From NCBI GenBank assembly GCA_047605505.1, contig JASGFO010000001.1:1703-65702 (forward strand): a DNA stretch of 64,000 nt, given 5' to 3'. Made by a program: the position numbers and the translations under genes. Position 1 is the stretch's first letter; each line of letters begins with the position of its first letter. Positions 38,585-48,112 of this stretch are shown here, in pieces. Source of the stretch: Gordonia sp. (in: high G+C Gram-positive bacteria) (GTDB lineage Bacteria; Actinomycetota; Actinomycetes; Mycobacteriales; Mycobacteriaceae). Below the pieces are notes generated by a model. The model worked only from the letters and a program-made list of their open reading frames with translations. It was not told where the DNA came from and did not search any database.

Positions 38585-39835
38585 GTGAGACACTTGTCCA
38601 GATTCCTTGGCCAGTACGACCTCCGGTCGATGGCGACGATCATCAGCACCAGTTCAGTACTGCCGCTGCCCATTGTCGCATTCGTGTTCCCGGAGATCCT
38701 CCGGCCGGGCGCGTTGCCCATCCTGTTGTTTGAATGGTTCATCACGGTTGCCGCCTTCGCCGCCGCCCTCATCCGCCGGCGCCTCTCCGATCTCGAGTTC
38801 ACGGTACTCGCAAGCTTCGGGATCGGCGGGATCTGCACCACGGCGCTGGTCTTGGCCGATCCGCGCGCCTCGCAGACCGTACTGATCCTGGTCACCGCCA
38901 TCCCGACGATCTCCGCCGCACTCCCGCGTCCCAAGATCACCAGCTACCTGACCGTTTTCGCGCTCGCCGCGATGATCGGGGTCGCCGCGGTGGTGTCGCG
39001 GTCGCCCGTCGAACTCCTGGTGATCGTGGGCGCCATCCTCGGAACCGTCGCGGCACCGGTGTTCCTCATCATCGCCCTGCGCAAGTCGCTGTCGACGGCC
39101 GTGGACCGGGAGAAACAGCTGGTCGGCATCGACCCGCTGACGAGCCTGCTCAATCGACGCGGCCTCCGGGACCGGATCACCCCGCTGCTGGCGCTCGGTC
39201 AGGAGACACCGAGCCAGGTGGGCATCCTCGTCGTCGACATCGACCACTTCAAGGAGGTCAACGACCACGACGGGCATCTGGCCGGCGATCGCGTCCTGAT
39301 CCAGACCGCCGACGCCCTGACCGCGGCGGTCCCCGAATCGTCGCTCGTCTGCCGGTACGGCGGCGAGGAGTTCGTCGTCTTCGCCTTGGTGCACGACGAA
39401 CAACATCTTCGTGAGCTGGCCGAATCGGCCCGCGAGGGCGTCTCGCACGCCACCGCGATCACCGTGAGCATCGGCGGCGTGTGTGCCCGGCTGTATCAGT
39501 CGGTCGAGGCCGCCTCACTGGCGACGTCCGCGGTCATCACCACCCTGATCGAACGCGCCGATCGCAACGTGTACACCGCGAAGTCCAAGGGACGCAATCT
39601 CAGCATCGTCACCTCGCACGCACCGTTGGCCTGGCGCTCGGAGCGGACCGGCCCGCCACCCCGTCCGCTGCCCTTGCTGCCCGGTCAGCCGACCATCACC
39701 CAGCTGCTGGGCCGCGCGACCGATCCGGATGCCGCCGAGCCGCGATCCGGATCCGCCGACCCCAGCAGACGATCCCGCTCGTCGCACATGGTCCGCCATA
39801 CCCCCGGCGTCGCCCGGCCACGGATGTCGGCCTGA
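38585..39835 (+). CDS. Membrane-bound diguanylate cyclase
   Basis: TM block, then DPLT.LLNRRG, DIDHFK.VND..GH..GD, RYGGEEF, Y.AK..GRN. Confidence 0.9.
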   Translation: MRHLSRFLGQYDLRSMATIISTSSVLPLPIVAFVFPEILRPGALPILLFEWFITVAAFAAALIRRRLSDLEFTVLASFGIGGICTTALVLADPRASQTVLILVTAIPTISAALPRPKITSYLTVFALAAMIGVAAVVSRSPVELLVIVGAILGTVAAPVFLIIALRKSLSTAVDREKQLVGIDPLTSLLNRRGLRDRITPLLALGQETPSQVGILVVDIDHFKEVNDHDGHLAGDRVLIQTADALTAAVPESSLVCRYGGEEFVVFALVHDEQHLRELAESAREGVSHATAITVSIGGVCARLYQSVEAASLATSAVITTLIERADRNVYTAKSKGRNLSIVTSHAPLAWRSERTGPPPRPLPLLPGQPTITQLLGRATDPDAAEPRSGSADPSRRSRSSHMVRHTPGVARPRMSA

Positions 39836-40452
39836 TCCCACCACATGATCTGCGTGCGGTAGCGCTCGTCGGGATACGGCGTCGCAGGCACCGCCAGATC
39901 AAGCCGACCGCCGCCGGATTCCCACCGGGACAGCACATGCCCGGCCGCCGAGGCCAGGAGATGGTCGACGCCGCAGACCTCCATGTAGATCAGGCCCATC
40001 CGCGCCAGCCCGGCCGCGACGTCCGCGGCCAGCGGCGAGCGCTCATCGACCCACGCGGTCTTGACCTCGACCAGACCACCGGCGATCCGGTCCTCGATCG
40101 CGTTCACCAGTTCCCGCTGGCCCGGCCGGCCGGCCCATTCCACCGCGACCGCATGTGACTGCATCGCCGCGGTGACCCGCCGCGAGACCCGTGCCCCGCC
40201 GATGATCCGCCCCTCGTCGTCGACGGCCGTGGTGAAGATCGTCGTCGAGGCACCCGGACGCACGGCGTCGACGTCGAGCGCCGCGGTACAACCGTGCCGC
40301 GTGTAGGCCGTGGCGGCACCACGCAGGTAGTCATCCCACAGCTCGACGTCGACCGTCGGCTGCCCGACGCACATGGTGTACCCGGTCCCCGGGTGGTGGC
40401 GTGCCTCGACCCGAAAGCTCCCGACAGACGGGTGGTTGGTGCGGCTCTGCAT
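39685..40452 (-). CDS. Rv1356c-like putative N-acyl amino acid synthase (FeeM/OxzA-type acyltransferase fold)
   Basis: LW..YL.GA...Y..HG, G...GG.R, SHA..EW, G.VE.K.AWV, PYPDERY.T...WW. Adjacent to an Rv1355c-like gene. AGGAG RBS. Confidence 0.72.
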   Translation of the reverse strand: MQSRTNHPSVGSFRVEARHHPGTGYTMCVGQPTVDVELWDDYLRGAATAYTRHGCTAALDVDAVRPGASTTIFTTAVDDEGRIIGGARVSRRVTAAMQSHAVAVEWAGRPGQRELVNAIEDRIAGGLVEVKTAWVDERSPLAADVAAGLARMGLIYMEVCGVDHLLASAAGHVLSRWESGGGRLDLAVPATPYPDERYRTQIMWWDQADIRGRATPGVWRTMCDERDRLLGSADPDRGSAASGSVARPSSWVMVG

Positions 40453-40567
40453 TCAGTGTCTCCTCGCAAGGGATGTGGTCGGCCCGGGCCGGTAACGTTC
40501 GCGGCCTGCTAAGCGAACAATAACGTGGACCGTCACATCATGCGGCACCGTTGCGCCCTGCGCGTCG

Positions 40568-42646
40568 GTGGGGAACCATGCTCGTGTGCTGGATTCCCAC
40601 GACGCGAGTGCCGTCGTCTACACCGAATCGACCCTCCCCGCCGAACTCCGGTCGGCGCAGACGACGACCTTTGTCGACCTGTCCGGCTCGGCGGCGACCG
40701 CGCTCGCCGAGCTGGTTCCACCGGTCGCGGCCGCGGTCACCGCCGAGCCCGATCGCTTCGTCCACTACCCGTGGCGGGGGGTCGTCGTCCGGCTTCCCGG
40801 ACCGCTCGCGTATCGTCGCCTGCGTCTCGATCGCAACCGCAACAAGCTGACCTTCGATGAGCAAAACCGTGCGTCAGCACTGCGAATCGGCATCGTCGGG
40901 CTCAGCGTCGGGCACGCGATCGCCCTGACGCTCGCACTCGAAGGCCTCGTCGGCGAACTGCGTCTGGCCGATTTCGACGAGCTCGAGATCACCAACCTCA
41001 ACCGCGTGCCGGCCACCGTCGTCGACGTCGGCGTCAACAAGGCCATCGTCGCCGCCCGGCGTCTCGCCGAGATCGATCCGTACCTGCCGACCGCCGTCTA
41101 CCCCGACGGGGTCACGGCCGACAACATCGACGAGTTCCTCGACGGCCTGGACCTCGTCATCGAGGAATGTGATTCTTTCGACATCAAAGTTCGATTGCGG
41201 GAGAAATGTCGGGAATCACGTATTCCGGTGATCATGGAGACCTCGGACGGCGGCACCCTCGATGTCGAGCGATACGACCTCGAGCCGACGCGCCCACTCT
41301 TCCACGGGCTGGCCGGGGATCTGCGCGCCGACGATCTCGCCGACCTCGACCGCGGCGCCCTCACCCTGCTCGCCGTCCGGGTGCTGCAACCCCAGCACGT
41401 GACCGCCCCGATGGCGGCATCGGCGCTCGAGCTCGGACAGACGATCTCGGCATGGCCGCAACTCGGTGGCGATGTGCTGCTCGGCGGGGCCACCGTGGCC
41501 GCCGCGATCCGCCGGCTCGTCCAGGGGCGGCCGCTGCCCTCGGGCCGCGTGCGCTTCGACCGGGACGGCGGACTCGATGACCTCACCCAGCCGGAGATCT
41601 CCGCGAGCACGCCGGCGAGTGCCCCGGCCGGCACCACGCAGGATCTCGCCGCCCTCGCCGACGCCGCGTTCGTCGCCGCCCTCGCCGCGCGGGCACCGTC
41701 GCCGGGAAATCAGCAGCCCTGGCAGATCACCACCGACGGGTCCGCGGTGCGCATCGCACTCGATCCGGCGCGGACCTCGATTCTCGACATCGCGCACCGG
41801 GCCTCGTTGGTCACGCTCGGGACCGCGGTGCGCAGCGCGGAGATCGCGGCGGCCGCCCGGGGCCGATTCGGCGGCATCGACGTCGAGGGCACCGGCCCGC
41901 ATCTCACCGCCCGCGTCCGGCTCACCGAGACTGCCGTCACCGCCACCGAATCCGATCAGGCCCGGCTCACCGCACTGCTGTCGCGGGCCACCCGACGCGA
42001 TCTCGGCGACGCCTCTGAGCTCACCGACGACGACACCGCACGGCTCGTGGCCGCCGCGGCCACCGGGACCACCCGCGCGGTCGTGATCACCGGGGAGGAG
42101 CGCGCGGCATTCGGGTCGATCCTCGCGCGCAGCGACCGGATCCGCTTCCTCACCCCCGCGTTGCACCGGGAGATGTTCACCGAGCTGACCGATGACCCCA
42201 CCGCGCCCACCGGCATCCAGATCTCGTCGCTGGCATTGCCACCGGCGATGGCCGGGATGATCGATGTGCTCCGCCGCCCGGACGTGATGGCGCTGCTCGA
42301 TCGCTGGGACGGCGGCGCGATCCTCGGCGCCGACGCCGCCGGGCGGGTGGCGTCGGCCTCGGCAATCCTGATGCTCGTCCACCGCGGGAGGGCGCCCGCG
42401 GACTATCTGCACGCCGGGCGGGTGGCGTTGGATCTGTGGCTGACGGCGCAGGATCTGGGTTTCGCGGTACACCCGATGACGCCGACCTTCTTCTACGCAC
42501 TCGACGACGCCGAGACGCGGGCCCTGTCGGCCAACCGCGGCGACGAGCTGGTCGAGGCCCGCGCCGACCTCCTCGGTCACTGGCCGCTCGCCGCCGACGA
42601 GACGCCGACGATCGCCCTCCGGATCTCGCGGCTGCCTACCCGATGA
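40568..42646 (+). CDS. Rv1355c-family ThiF adenylation domain fused to a nitroreductase-like domain (OxzB-type)
   Basis: YPW, RLDRNRNKLT..EQ, IGIVGLSVG, LADFD.LE..NLNR, EECD...K, D.ERYDLEP, WPQL; C-terminal half ARAPSPGNQQPW. Confidence 0.85.
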   Translation: MGNHARVLDSHDASAVVYTESTLPAELRSAQTTTFVDLSGSAATALAELVPPVAAAVTAEPDRFVHYPWRGVVVRLPGPLAYRRLRLDRNRNKLTFDEQNRASALRIGIVGLSVGHAIALTLALEGLVGELRLADFDELEITNLNRVPATVVDVGVNKAIVAARRLAEIDPYLPTAVYPDGVTADNIDEFLDGLDLVIEECDSFDIKVRLREKCRESRIPVIMETSDGGTLDVERYDLEPTRPLFHGLAGDLRADDLADLDRGALTLLAVRVLQPQHVTAPMAASALELGQTISAWPQLGGDVLLGGATVAAAIRRLVQGRPLPSGRVRFDRDGGLDDLTQPEISASTPASAPAGTTQDLAALADAAFVAALAARAPSPGNQQPWQITTDGSAVRIALDPARTSILDIAHRASLVTLGTAVRSAEIAAAARGRFGGIDVEGTGPHLTARVRLTETAVTATESDQARLTALLSRATRRDLGDASELTDDDTARLVAAAATGTTRAVVITGEERAAFGSILARSDRIRFLTPALHREMFTELTDDPTAPTGIQISSLALPPAMAGMIDVLRRPDVMALLDRWDGGAILGADAAGRVASASAILMLVHRGRAPADYLHAGRVALDLWLTAQDLGFAVHPMTPTFFYALDDAETRALSANRGDELVEARADLLGHWPLAADETPTIALRISRLPTR

Positions 42647-43697
42647 TCTCCGCCAGCTGCTCCATGTCCTCGACGCGCTCGGCATGGGTTGGCGCCGCCG
42701 GCGCCGCCAACAGCCGGGTGACCCCGGCACCGCGGAAGGCCGCCACCCGCTCGGCGACATGGGATTTCGGGCCGATCAGCGACAGCGACGCGACGAGCTC
42801 GTCGGGGACGGCGGCCGCCGCCTCGACCTTCTTGCCGTCGAGATAGAGGTCCTGGATCAGCTTGGCCTCGTCGGCGTAGCCGTACCGGACGGTGAGCGCG
42901 TTGTAGAAATTCTTCCCACGCGCCCCCATCCCGCCGATATAGAGCGCGAGGTGATGGCGCACGCGCTCGGTGGCCTCCGCGATCTGCTCGGCATCGTCGC
43001 TGACCAGCGCGGTGGCATTGACGACGATCCCGAGCTCACCCAACGCCGGATCGCGGCGCGCCGTGCCCGCGGCCAGCGCGGCACCGAACGCCGCCTGCCC
43101 GTATTCGGGGTGGAACAGAAACGGCTGGAACTCCTCGAAATATTCGGCGGCCACCTCGGTGTTCTTGGGCCCGATCGCCGCCAGCAACATCGGGATCGAT
43201 TCGCGCACCGGATGATTGATGATCTTGAGCGGCTTGCCCAGGCCGCTGCCGCCGTCGTCCTTCGTCAGCGGCAACGTGTAGTGCCGACCGCGATACTCGG
43301 TCTTCTCGCGCCGCCAGATCAGTCGGCAGATCTCGGCGTTCTCGATGGCCCGGCCCACCGGGAAGTCGTAGCGCACCCCGTGAAATCCCTCGATCACCTG
43401 CGGGCCCGAGGCGCCGATGCCAAGGATGAACCGGCCACTGCTGACGTAGTCGAGGCCGGCCGCGGTCATCGCAAGGTTCGACGGGGTGCGCGAATACATC
43501 GGGAGAATGGCCGACTGCAATTCCATCGTCTCGGTCTTGGCCGCGAGGTAGCCGAGCTGACTCACCGCGTCGAAGCTGTAGGCCTCGGCGACCGCGACGC
43601 GGGCGACTCCGGCGCGCTCGTAGTCGGCGAGGTTGTCGATGGTCTCGCGGAAATCACCCGCGTAGTTGATGGGCATACCGAGCTTGAGTGATGTCAT
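42636..43697 (-). CDS. LLM-class F420-dependent oxidoreductase
   Basis: AEAYSFDA, R.P...AMTAAGLD..S.GRF.LG.G.SGPQV.EG.HG, LYIGGMGA..NFY. Confidence 0.9.
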   Translation of the reverse strand: MTSLKLGMPINYAGDFRETIDNLADYERAGVARVAVAEAYSFDAVSQLGYLAAKTETMELQSAILPMYSRTPSNLAMTAAGLDYVSSGRFILGIGASGPQVIEGFHGVRYDFPVGRAIENAEICRLIWRREKTEYRGRHYTLPLTKDDGGSGLGKPLKIINHPVRESIPMLLAAIGPKNTEVAAEYFEEFQPFLFHPEYGQAAFGAALAAGTARRDPALGELGIVVNATALVSDDAEQIAEATERVRHHLALYIGGMGARGKNFYNALTVRYGYADEAKLIQDLYLDGKKVEAAAAVPDELVASLSLIGPKSHVAERVAAFRGAGVTRLLAAPAAPTHAERVEDMEQLAEIIG

Positions 43698-43901
43698 GGC
43701 CGCTCATTCTCCCACGGCGCTGACCCGGCGCCGCGGGCGCGGTCCGCCGACCGGGTCCCGGTGGGGGGTTACCCTTTGGCCGCGCGGACATGAACACTGC
43801 GTGAATTCGCGCAAATCGCAGGCAAAGTGCCTGGTAGGTCCGTCGGACGTGAATCGCCAAACTTTAGGTGGAACCGGGCCCGACACCCCATGATTATGCC
43901 C

Positions 43902-45125
43902 ATGAGCGGAGAGATGCTGATTCTCGTGCTGCTGGTCCTCACAGCACTCGGGTTCGACTTCACCAACGGATTCCATGACACCGGCAACGCAATGGCGACC
44001 TCGATCGCCACAGGAGCCCTGAAACCCAAAGCCGCAGTGGCCTTGTCGGCCATTTTGAACCTCGTCGGCGCATTCCTGTCGGTCGAGGTCGCGGCAACCA
44101 TCACCAAGGATGTCCTCAAGATCCAGGAGACCAAGGGCGAGCATGCCGGCGAGTTGGTCGCCGGCCTCGACCCGACGAAGGCCCTGATGATCATTTTCGC
44201 CGGCCTGATCGGCGGCATCCTCTGGAATCTGTTCACCTGGCTCTTCGGCCTGCCGTCGAGCTCGTCGCACGCCCTGTTCGGCGGCCTCATCGGTGCAGGC
44301 ATCGCCGCGTCGGCGACCGTCAACTGGGCGGGTATCACCGCGAAGATCATCCTGCCCGCGCTGCTGGCACCGGTCATCGCCTGTGCGGTCGCCGCCGCCG
44401 GCACCTGGCTGGTCTACGCGATCACCAACAAGGTGGCCGAGAAGAACAAGGACAGCGGTTTCCGCTACGGCCAGATCGCCACCGCCTCACTGGTCTCGCT
44501 GTCGCACGGCACCGGCGACGCCCAGAAGACGATGGGTGTCATCGCGCTCGCCCTCATCGCCTCGGGCCACCTCGATGCCGCGACCGTGTCCGAGGGCCTG
44601 CCGATCTGGGTGATCGTGACCTGTGCCCTCGCCATCGCCCTGGGCACCTATCTGGGTGGCTGGCGCATCATCCGCACCCTCGGCAAGGGTCTCGTCGAGA
44701 TCTCCTCGCCGCAGGGCATGGCCGCCGAGGCCAGCTCCGCCGCGATCATCCTCACCAGCTCGACCGCCGGCATGGCGTTGTCGACCACGCACGTCGCCAC
44801 CGGCTCGATCCTGGGCACCGGCGTCGGCAAGAAGGGTGCCGAGGTCCGCTGGGGCGTCGCGGGTCGCATGATTGTCGCCTGGGTGACCACCCTCCCGGCC
44901 GCCGGCATCGTGGGCGCGATCTGCTTCGGCATCGGCCACGGCATCGGCGATGTCGCCGGCGCCATCGTCATCTTCGCCATCCTCTGTGTCCTGGCCGCAT
45001 ACATGTACTGGCGGGCACAGCAAAACAAGGTCGACGCGGGCAATGTCAACGCCGAATGGGATGACGACTCCCACTCGGTCATCCCGACCGACAACGCCGA
45101 CGCCACCCCCAAGACCGCGGTCTGA
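43902..45125 (+). CDS. pitA: PiT-family inorganic phosphate transporter
   Basis: FDFTNGFHDTGNAMATSI, GLPSSSSHAL, SHG..DAQKTMG, GGWRII.TLG, LSTTHV. Confidence 0.95.
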   Translation: MSGEMLILVLLVLTALGFDFTNGFHDTGNAMATSIATGALKPKAAVALSAILNLVGAFLSVEVAATITKDVLKIQETKGEHAGELVAGLDPTKALMIIFAGLIGGILWNLFTWLFGLPSSSSHALFGGLIGAGIAASATVNWAGITAKIILPALLAPVIACAVAAAGTWLVYAITNKVAEKNKDSGFRYGQIATASLVSLSHGTGDAQKTMGVIALALIASGHLDAATVSEGLPIWVIVTCALAIALGTYLGGWRIIRTLGKGLVEISSPQGMAAEASSAAIILTSSTAGMALSTTHVATGSILGTGVGKKGAEVRWGVAGRMIVAWVTTLPAAGIVGAICFGIGHGIGDVAGAIVIFAILCVLAAYMYWRAQQNKVDAGNVNAEWDDDSHSVIPTDNADATPKTAV

Positions 45126-45160
45126 CCGGCGACCTCCGAAGAAAAAAGGACTCATCAGCA

Positions 45161-45451
45161 ATGGACTGGGCACATATCGCCGAATCGATCGGCAAGGTTC
45201 TCGTCATCGGACTCGTGCTGGGTGCCGGACTCCCCGCACTGTTCGCGGTCGGCCTGCGACTGCACGCCGAGGGCGCGGGCAACGAGCACGCCGACGGCTC
45301 AATCACCGCACCGAATCCCGCTCTCAAGGTGGCCGGCTACGTCCTGTTCGCCATCGTGGTGGCGGTGATCGCGATCGGCATCCTGTGGGTGACCCGCAAC
45401 ACGCTCGACTATCACCTCGGGTGGCAGGTCTTCCCCGACTGGGCCTACTGA
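45161..45451 (+). CDS. Small membrane protein, Rv0544c-like
   Basis: GL.LGAGLPALFA.G, two TM helices, immediately after pit. Confidence 0.8.
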   Translation: MDWAHIAESIGKVLVIGLVLGAGLPALFAVGLRLHAEGAGNEHADGSITAPNPALKVAGYVLFAIVVAVIAIGILWVTRNTLDYHLGWQVFPDWAY

Positions 45452-45477
45452 TCCACCCACAACAGAGGAATGTGACG

Positions 45478-45804
45478 ATGACAGAAGAACTTTCAGCTTT
45501 CGAGAAGGCCATCCACTGGATTCGCACGGGCTACCCGGAGGGCATTCCCCCCACCGAGTTCCCGCCCCTGCTCGCGCTGCTGGTGCGCTACCTCGACGAG
45601 TCCCAGGTGACCGACGTCATCCTGCGGCTGGCCCGCGACAACGAGATCGACTCCCCGCTCACCTCCGACGACATCCGGTCCGCGATCGCCAAGGCGACCG
45701 ACGAGCAGCCGACCACGGAGAAGATCAACCAGGTCGCCGCCCGGCTGGCCGCGGCGGGCTGGCCGCTCGCCGCGGCCCCGCACACGGTCGACGCCACCGC
45801 ATAA
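45478..45804 (+). CDS. DUF3349 family protein (Rv0543c-like), copy 1
   Basis: W.R.GYPEG.P...F.PL.ALL ... V.ARLAAAGWPL. GAGGA RBS. Confidence 0.85.
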   Translation: MTEELSAFEKAIHWIRTGYPEGIPPTEFPPLLALLVRYLDESQVTDVILRLARDNEIDSPLTSDDIRSAIAKATDEQPTTEKINQVAARLAAAGWPLAAAPHTVDATA

Positions 45805-45907
45805 CACAACACCCGCGTGGCATTTCCGGTCCGGCACCGTCCCCATCGACGGTGCCGGACCGCTTACAATCGGCCCAGATGGTGCCGAGACCAGGAGAGG
45901 GGAGCTC

Positions 45908-46258
45908 ATGGACCGTCCACAGTTCCTGAGCAAGGTCGTCGAATGGCTCCGCGCCGGATACCCCAACGGCGTGCCGCAGCAGGACCACGTGCCGCTGTTC
46001 GCGTTGTTGCGCCGCCAGCTGACCCCGGAGGAGGTCGAGCGGGTCTCGGCCGAGCTGACCGCCGACGCCGACTGGCCTGCCGTGATCTCCAAGATCGATG
46101 CCGCGGTCGAGATCACCAAGATCGTCGACGAGATGCCGCACGAGGACGACATCGCCCGCGTACGGGAATTCCTGCGGAATGCGGGCTGGCCGTTCGACGA
46201 CACCCCCCTTCCGCCGCCCGGCGGGGACGCCGGGGCCGCGGAGGAGGATCAACCCTGA
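45908..46258 (+). CDS. DUF3349 family protein, copy 2
   Basis: WLRAGYPNGVP..D..PL.ALL.R.L..EE ... RV...L...GWP. Confidence 0.87.
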   Translation: MDRPQFLSKVVEWLRAGYPNGVPQQDHVPLFALLRRQLTPEEVERVSAELTADADWPAVISKIDAAVEITKIVDEMPHEDDIARVREFLRNAGWPFDDTPLPPPGGDAGAAEEDQP

Positions 46259-47436
46259 CCACGCTGCGCGCGCTGCGGCTGCCGTCGGCCCTCGCCATCG
46301 CCGATCACGTCGCCGCGCTCCGCGAGATCCTGGCCGGCGGTGCGTCGTACGCGCCGGTCCCCGACCATCCCGCCCAGGCGCGCCTGCTGCATGAGACGTT
46401 CGGTATCGGCACCGCCATCGAGGAGGCGATCTCCCTGGTGATCGCCACCTCGGGCAGCACCGGCATCCCCAAGGGCTCCCAACACACCCCGGCCACGCTC
46501 GCCGCATCGGCCGCGGCCACCGCGACCCGGCTGGGCGGTGCCGGGAGTTGGCTGCTGGCCCTGCCCCCGCACCATATCGCCGGACTACAGGTGCTGCTGC
46601 GGCCGCTGGCCGCGGGTTTCGCCGCAGCCGTCCTCGACGTCTCCGAAGGCTTCGAGCCGGATGCCTTCGCCGCGGCCCTCGACGGGCTCGACGGGCCCCG
46701 CCGCCATACCTCCCTGGTGCCCACCCAGTTGCGTAAGGTCCTGTTGTCGCCGCGGGCGACGGCTGCCCTGGCCGAGGTCGACGCCGTCCTCGTCGGCGGT
46801 GCCGCCACCCCTGAACCCCTGGTGCGCGCGGCGGTCGACGCCGGCATCCGGATCGTGCGCACCTATGGCTCGAGTGAGACCGCCGGTGGCTGCGTCTACG
46901 ACGGCCGCCCCCTTGAGGGGGTGCGGATCACGCTCGCCGATCCCGACGCATCCGGGGTTGGCCGCGTCGAACTGTCCGGGCCGATGATCGCCCACGGTTA
47001 CCGGCGACTTGCCGGTCATCCGTCGTTCCCGGCGCCCGGCACCTTCCGCACCGACGATCTGGGGCAGCTCGACGACGGTGTGCTGCGGATCGTCGGCCGG
47101 GCCGACGAGGCGATATCGACCGGCGGGCTGACCGTCATCCCGCAGGTCGTGGAAGCGGTGATCGCCGAGGATCCGACGGTCGCCGAGTGCGCGGTGATCG
47201 GCCTGCCCGACGAGCGGCTGGGCGCCAAGGTGGTCGCCGTCGTGGTCGCGTCGTCGACCACAACGGTTGATGCCCAACGGATACGCGATCTCGTCTCCGA
47301 ACGCCTGGAGCGCTTCGCCGCGCCCCGCGAGGTCATCGAGGTGGCGGCGCTGCCGCTTCGGGGCCCCGGCAAGATCGACCGGCGCGCCCTGCGGGCACGA
47401 TTCGCGGCACTGGCGCCACCGAATTCAGTACGCTAA
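46255..47436 (+). CDS. menE: O-succinylbenzoate-CoA ligase (probable CTG start)
   Basis: TSGSTGIPKG, LP.HHIAGLQV, TSLVPTQL, TYGSSET.GG, TDDLG, GRADE, D.RLG, GKIDR. Syntenic with Rv0542c. Confidence 0.93.
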   Translation: MTTLRALRLPSALAIADHVAALREILAGGASYAPVPDHPAQARLLHETFGIGTAIEEAISLVIATSGSTGIPKGSQHTPATLAASAAATATRLGGAGSWLLALPPHHIAGLQVLLRPLAAGFAAAVLDVSEGFEPDAFAAALDGLDGPRRHTSLVPTQLRKVLLSPRATAALAEVDAVLVGGAATPEPLVRAAVDAGIRIVRTYGSSETAGGCVYDGRPLEGVRITLADPDASGVGRVELSGPMIAHGYRRLAGHPSFPAPGTFRTDDLGQLDDGVLRIVGRADEAISTGGLTVIPQVVEAVIAEDPTVAECAVIGLPDERLGAKVVAVVVASSTTTVDAQRIRDLVSERLERFAAPREVIEVAALPLRGPGKIDRRALRARFAALAPPNSVR

Positions 47437-47447
47437 AGATTGTTCGC

Positions 47448-48074
47448 ATGTCGACCCCACTGCCCGTCCGACGCCCGGCCATCGTCGACGCCGCGATCAC
47501 GATGCTGGAGCGCGACGGGGTCGACGGGCTCACCATGCGTGACCTCGCCGACCACCTCGAGCTGCGGCCGATGACCCTCTACTACCACGTACCCAACAAG
47601 GCTGCCCTGCTCACGATGGTGATCAGCGAGATGGGATCCCGGATCGAGTGGACGCCGCCCACCACGGGGACCCCGCGTGAGCGACTGATCGCCCAGGCCC
47701 TCGACGTCTATACCAAGCTCGCGGCGGTGACGTGGCTGCCCGGCGTTCTGCGATCGGGCGCCGACGTCGGGGCACCGCCCTTCGACCTCGTCGAGTCGTT
47801 CCTCTCGACGGCCGGCGAGCTCGGGCTGTCCGACGAGGCGGCCTTCGGGCTCTGGCGGACAACCTGGTATCTGATCTCGTCGGAATTGCGGTGGGCCGAT
47901 CCCACCGAGCGCCGGACGAGGCCACCGATCGACGAGCTCGTCGACGCCGAGGCCGTGCGTGACTACCCGACCGTCCGGCGACTGATGCCCCACTGGCCCT
48001 CGCTGACCGCCAATTTCCGCCTCGAGCCGTTCCTGACGGCGTTGATCGACGGAGTGGTGGCCCAGGCCGAGTGA
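47448..48074 (+). CDS. TetR-family transcriptional regulator
   Basis: IVDAA..ML...G..GLTMR.LA..L......LYYHV.NK..LL. Confidence 0.9.
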   Translation: MSTPLPVRRPAIVDAAITMLERDGVDGLTMRDLADHLELRPMTLYYHVPNKAALLTMVISEMGSRIEWTPPTTGTPRERLIAQALDVYTKLAAVTWLPGVLRSGADVGAPPFDLVESFLSTAGELGLSDEAAFGLWRTTWYLISSELRWADPTERRTRPPIDELVDAEAVRDYPTVRRLMPHWPSLTANFRLEPFLTALIDGVVAQAE

Positions 48075-48112
48075 GGGGCGCCTCGGCCGGTCAAGAAGGG
48101 CCCTTTCCCTCG

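Noticed and set aside
14211-42640. Prophage or integrative element
   Set aside because: No integrase, phage, conjugation or att-like features were seen.
40568-42646. Molybdopterin/thiamine biosynthesis enzyme (MoeB/ThiF) or RiPP maturase
   Set aside because: It has a nitroreductase-like fusion and an acyltransferase neighbour, with no sulfur carrier, YcaO or precursor peptide nearby.
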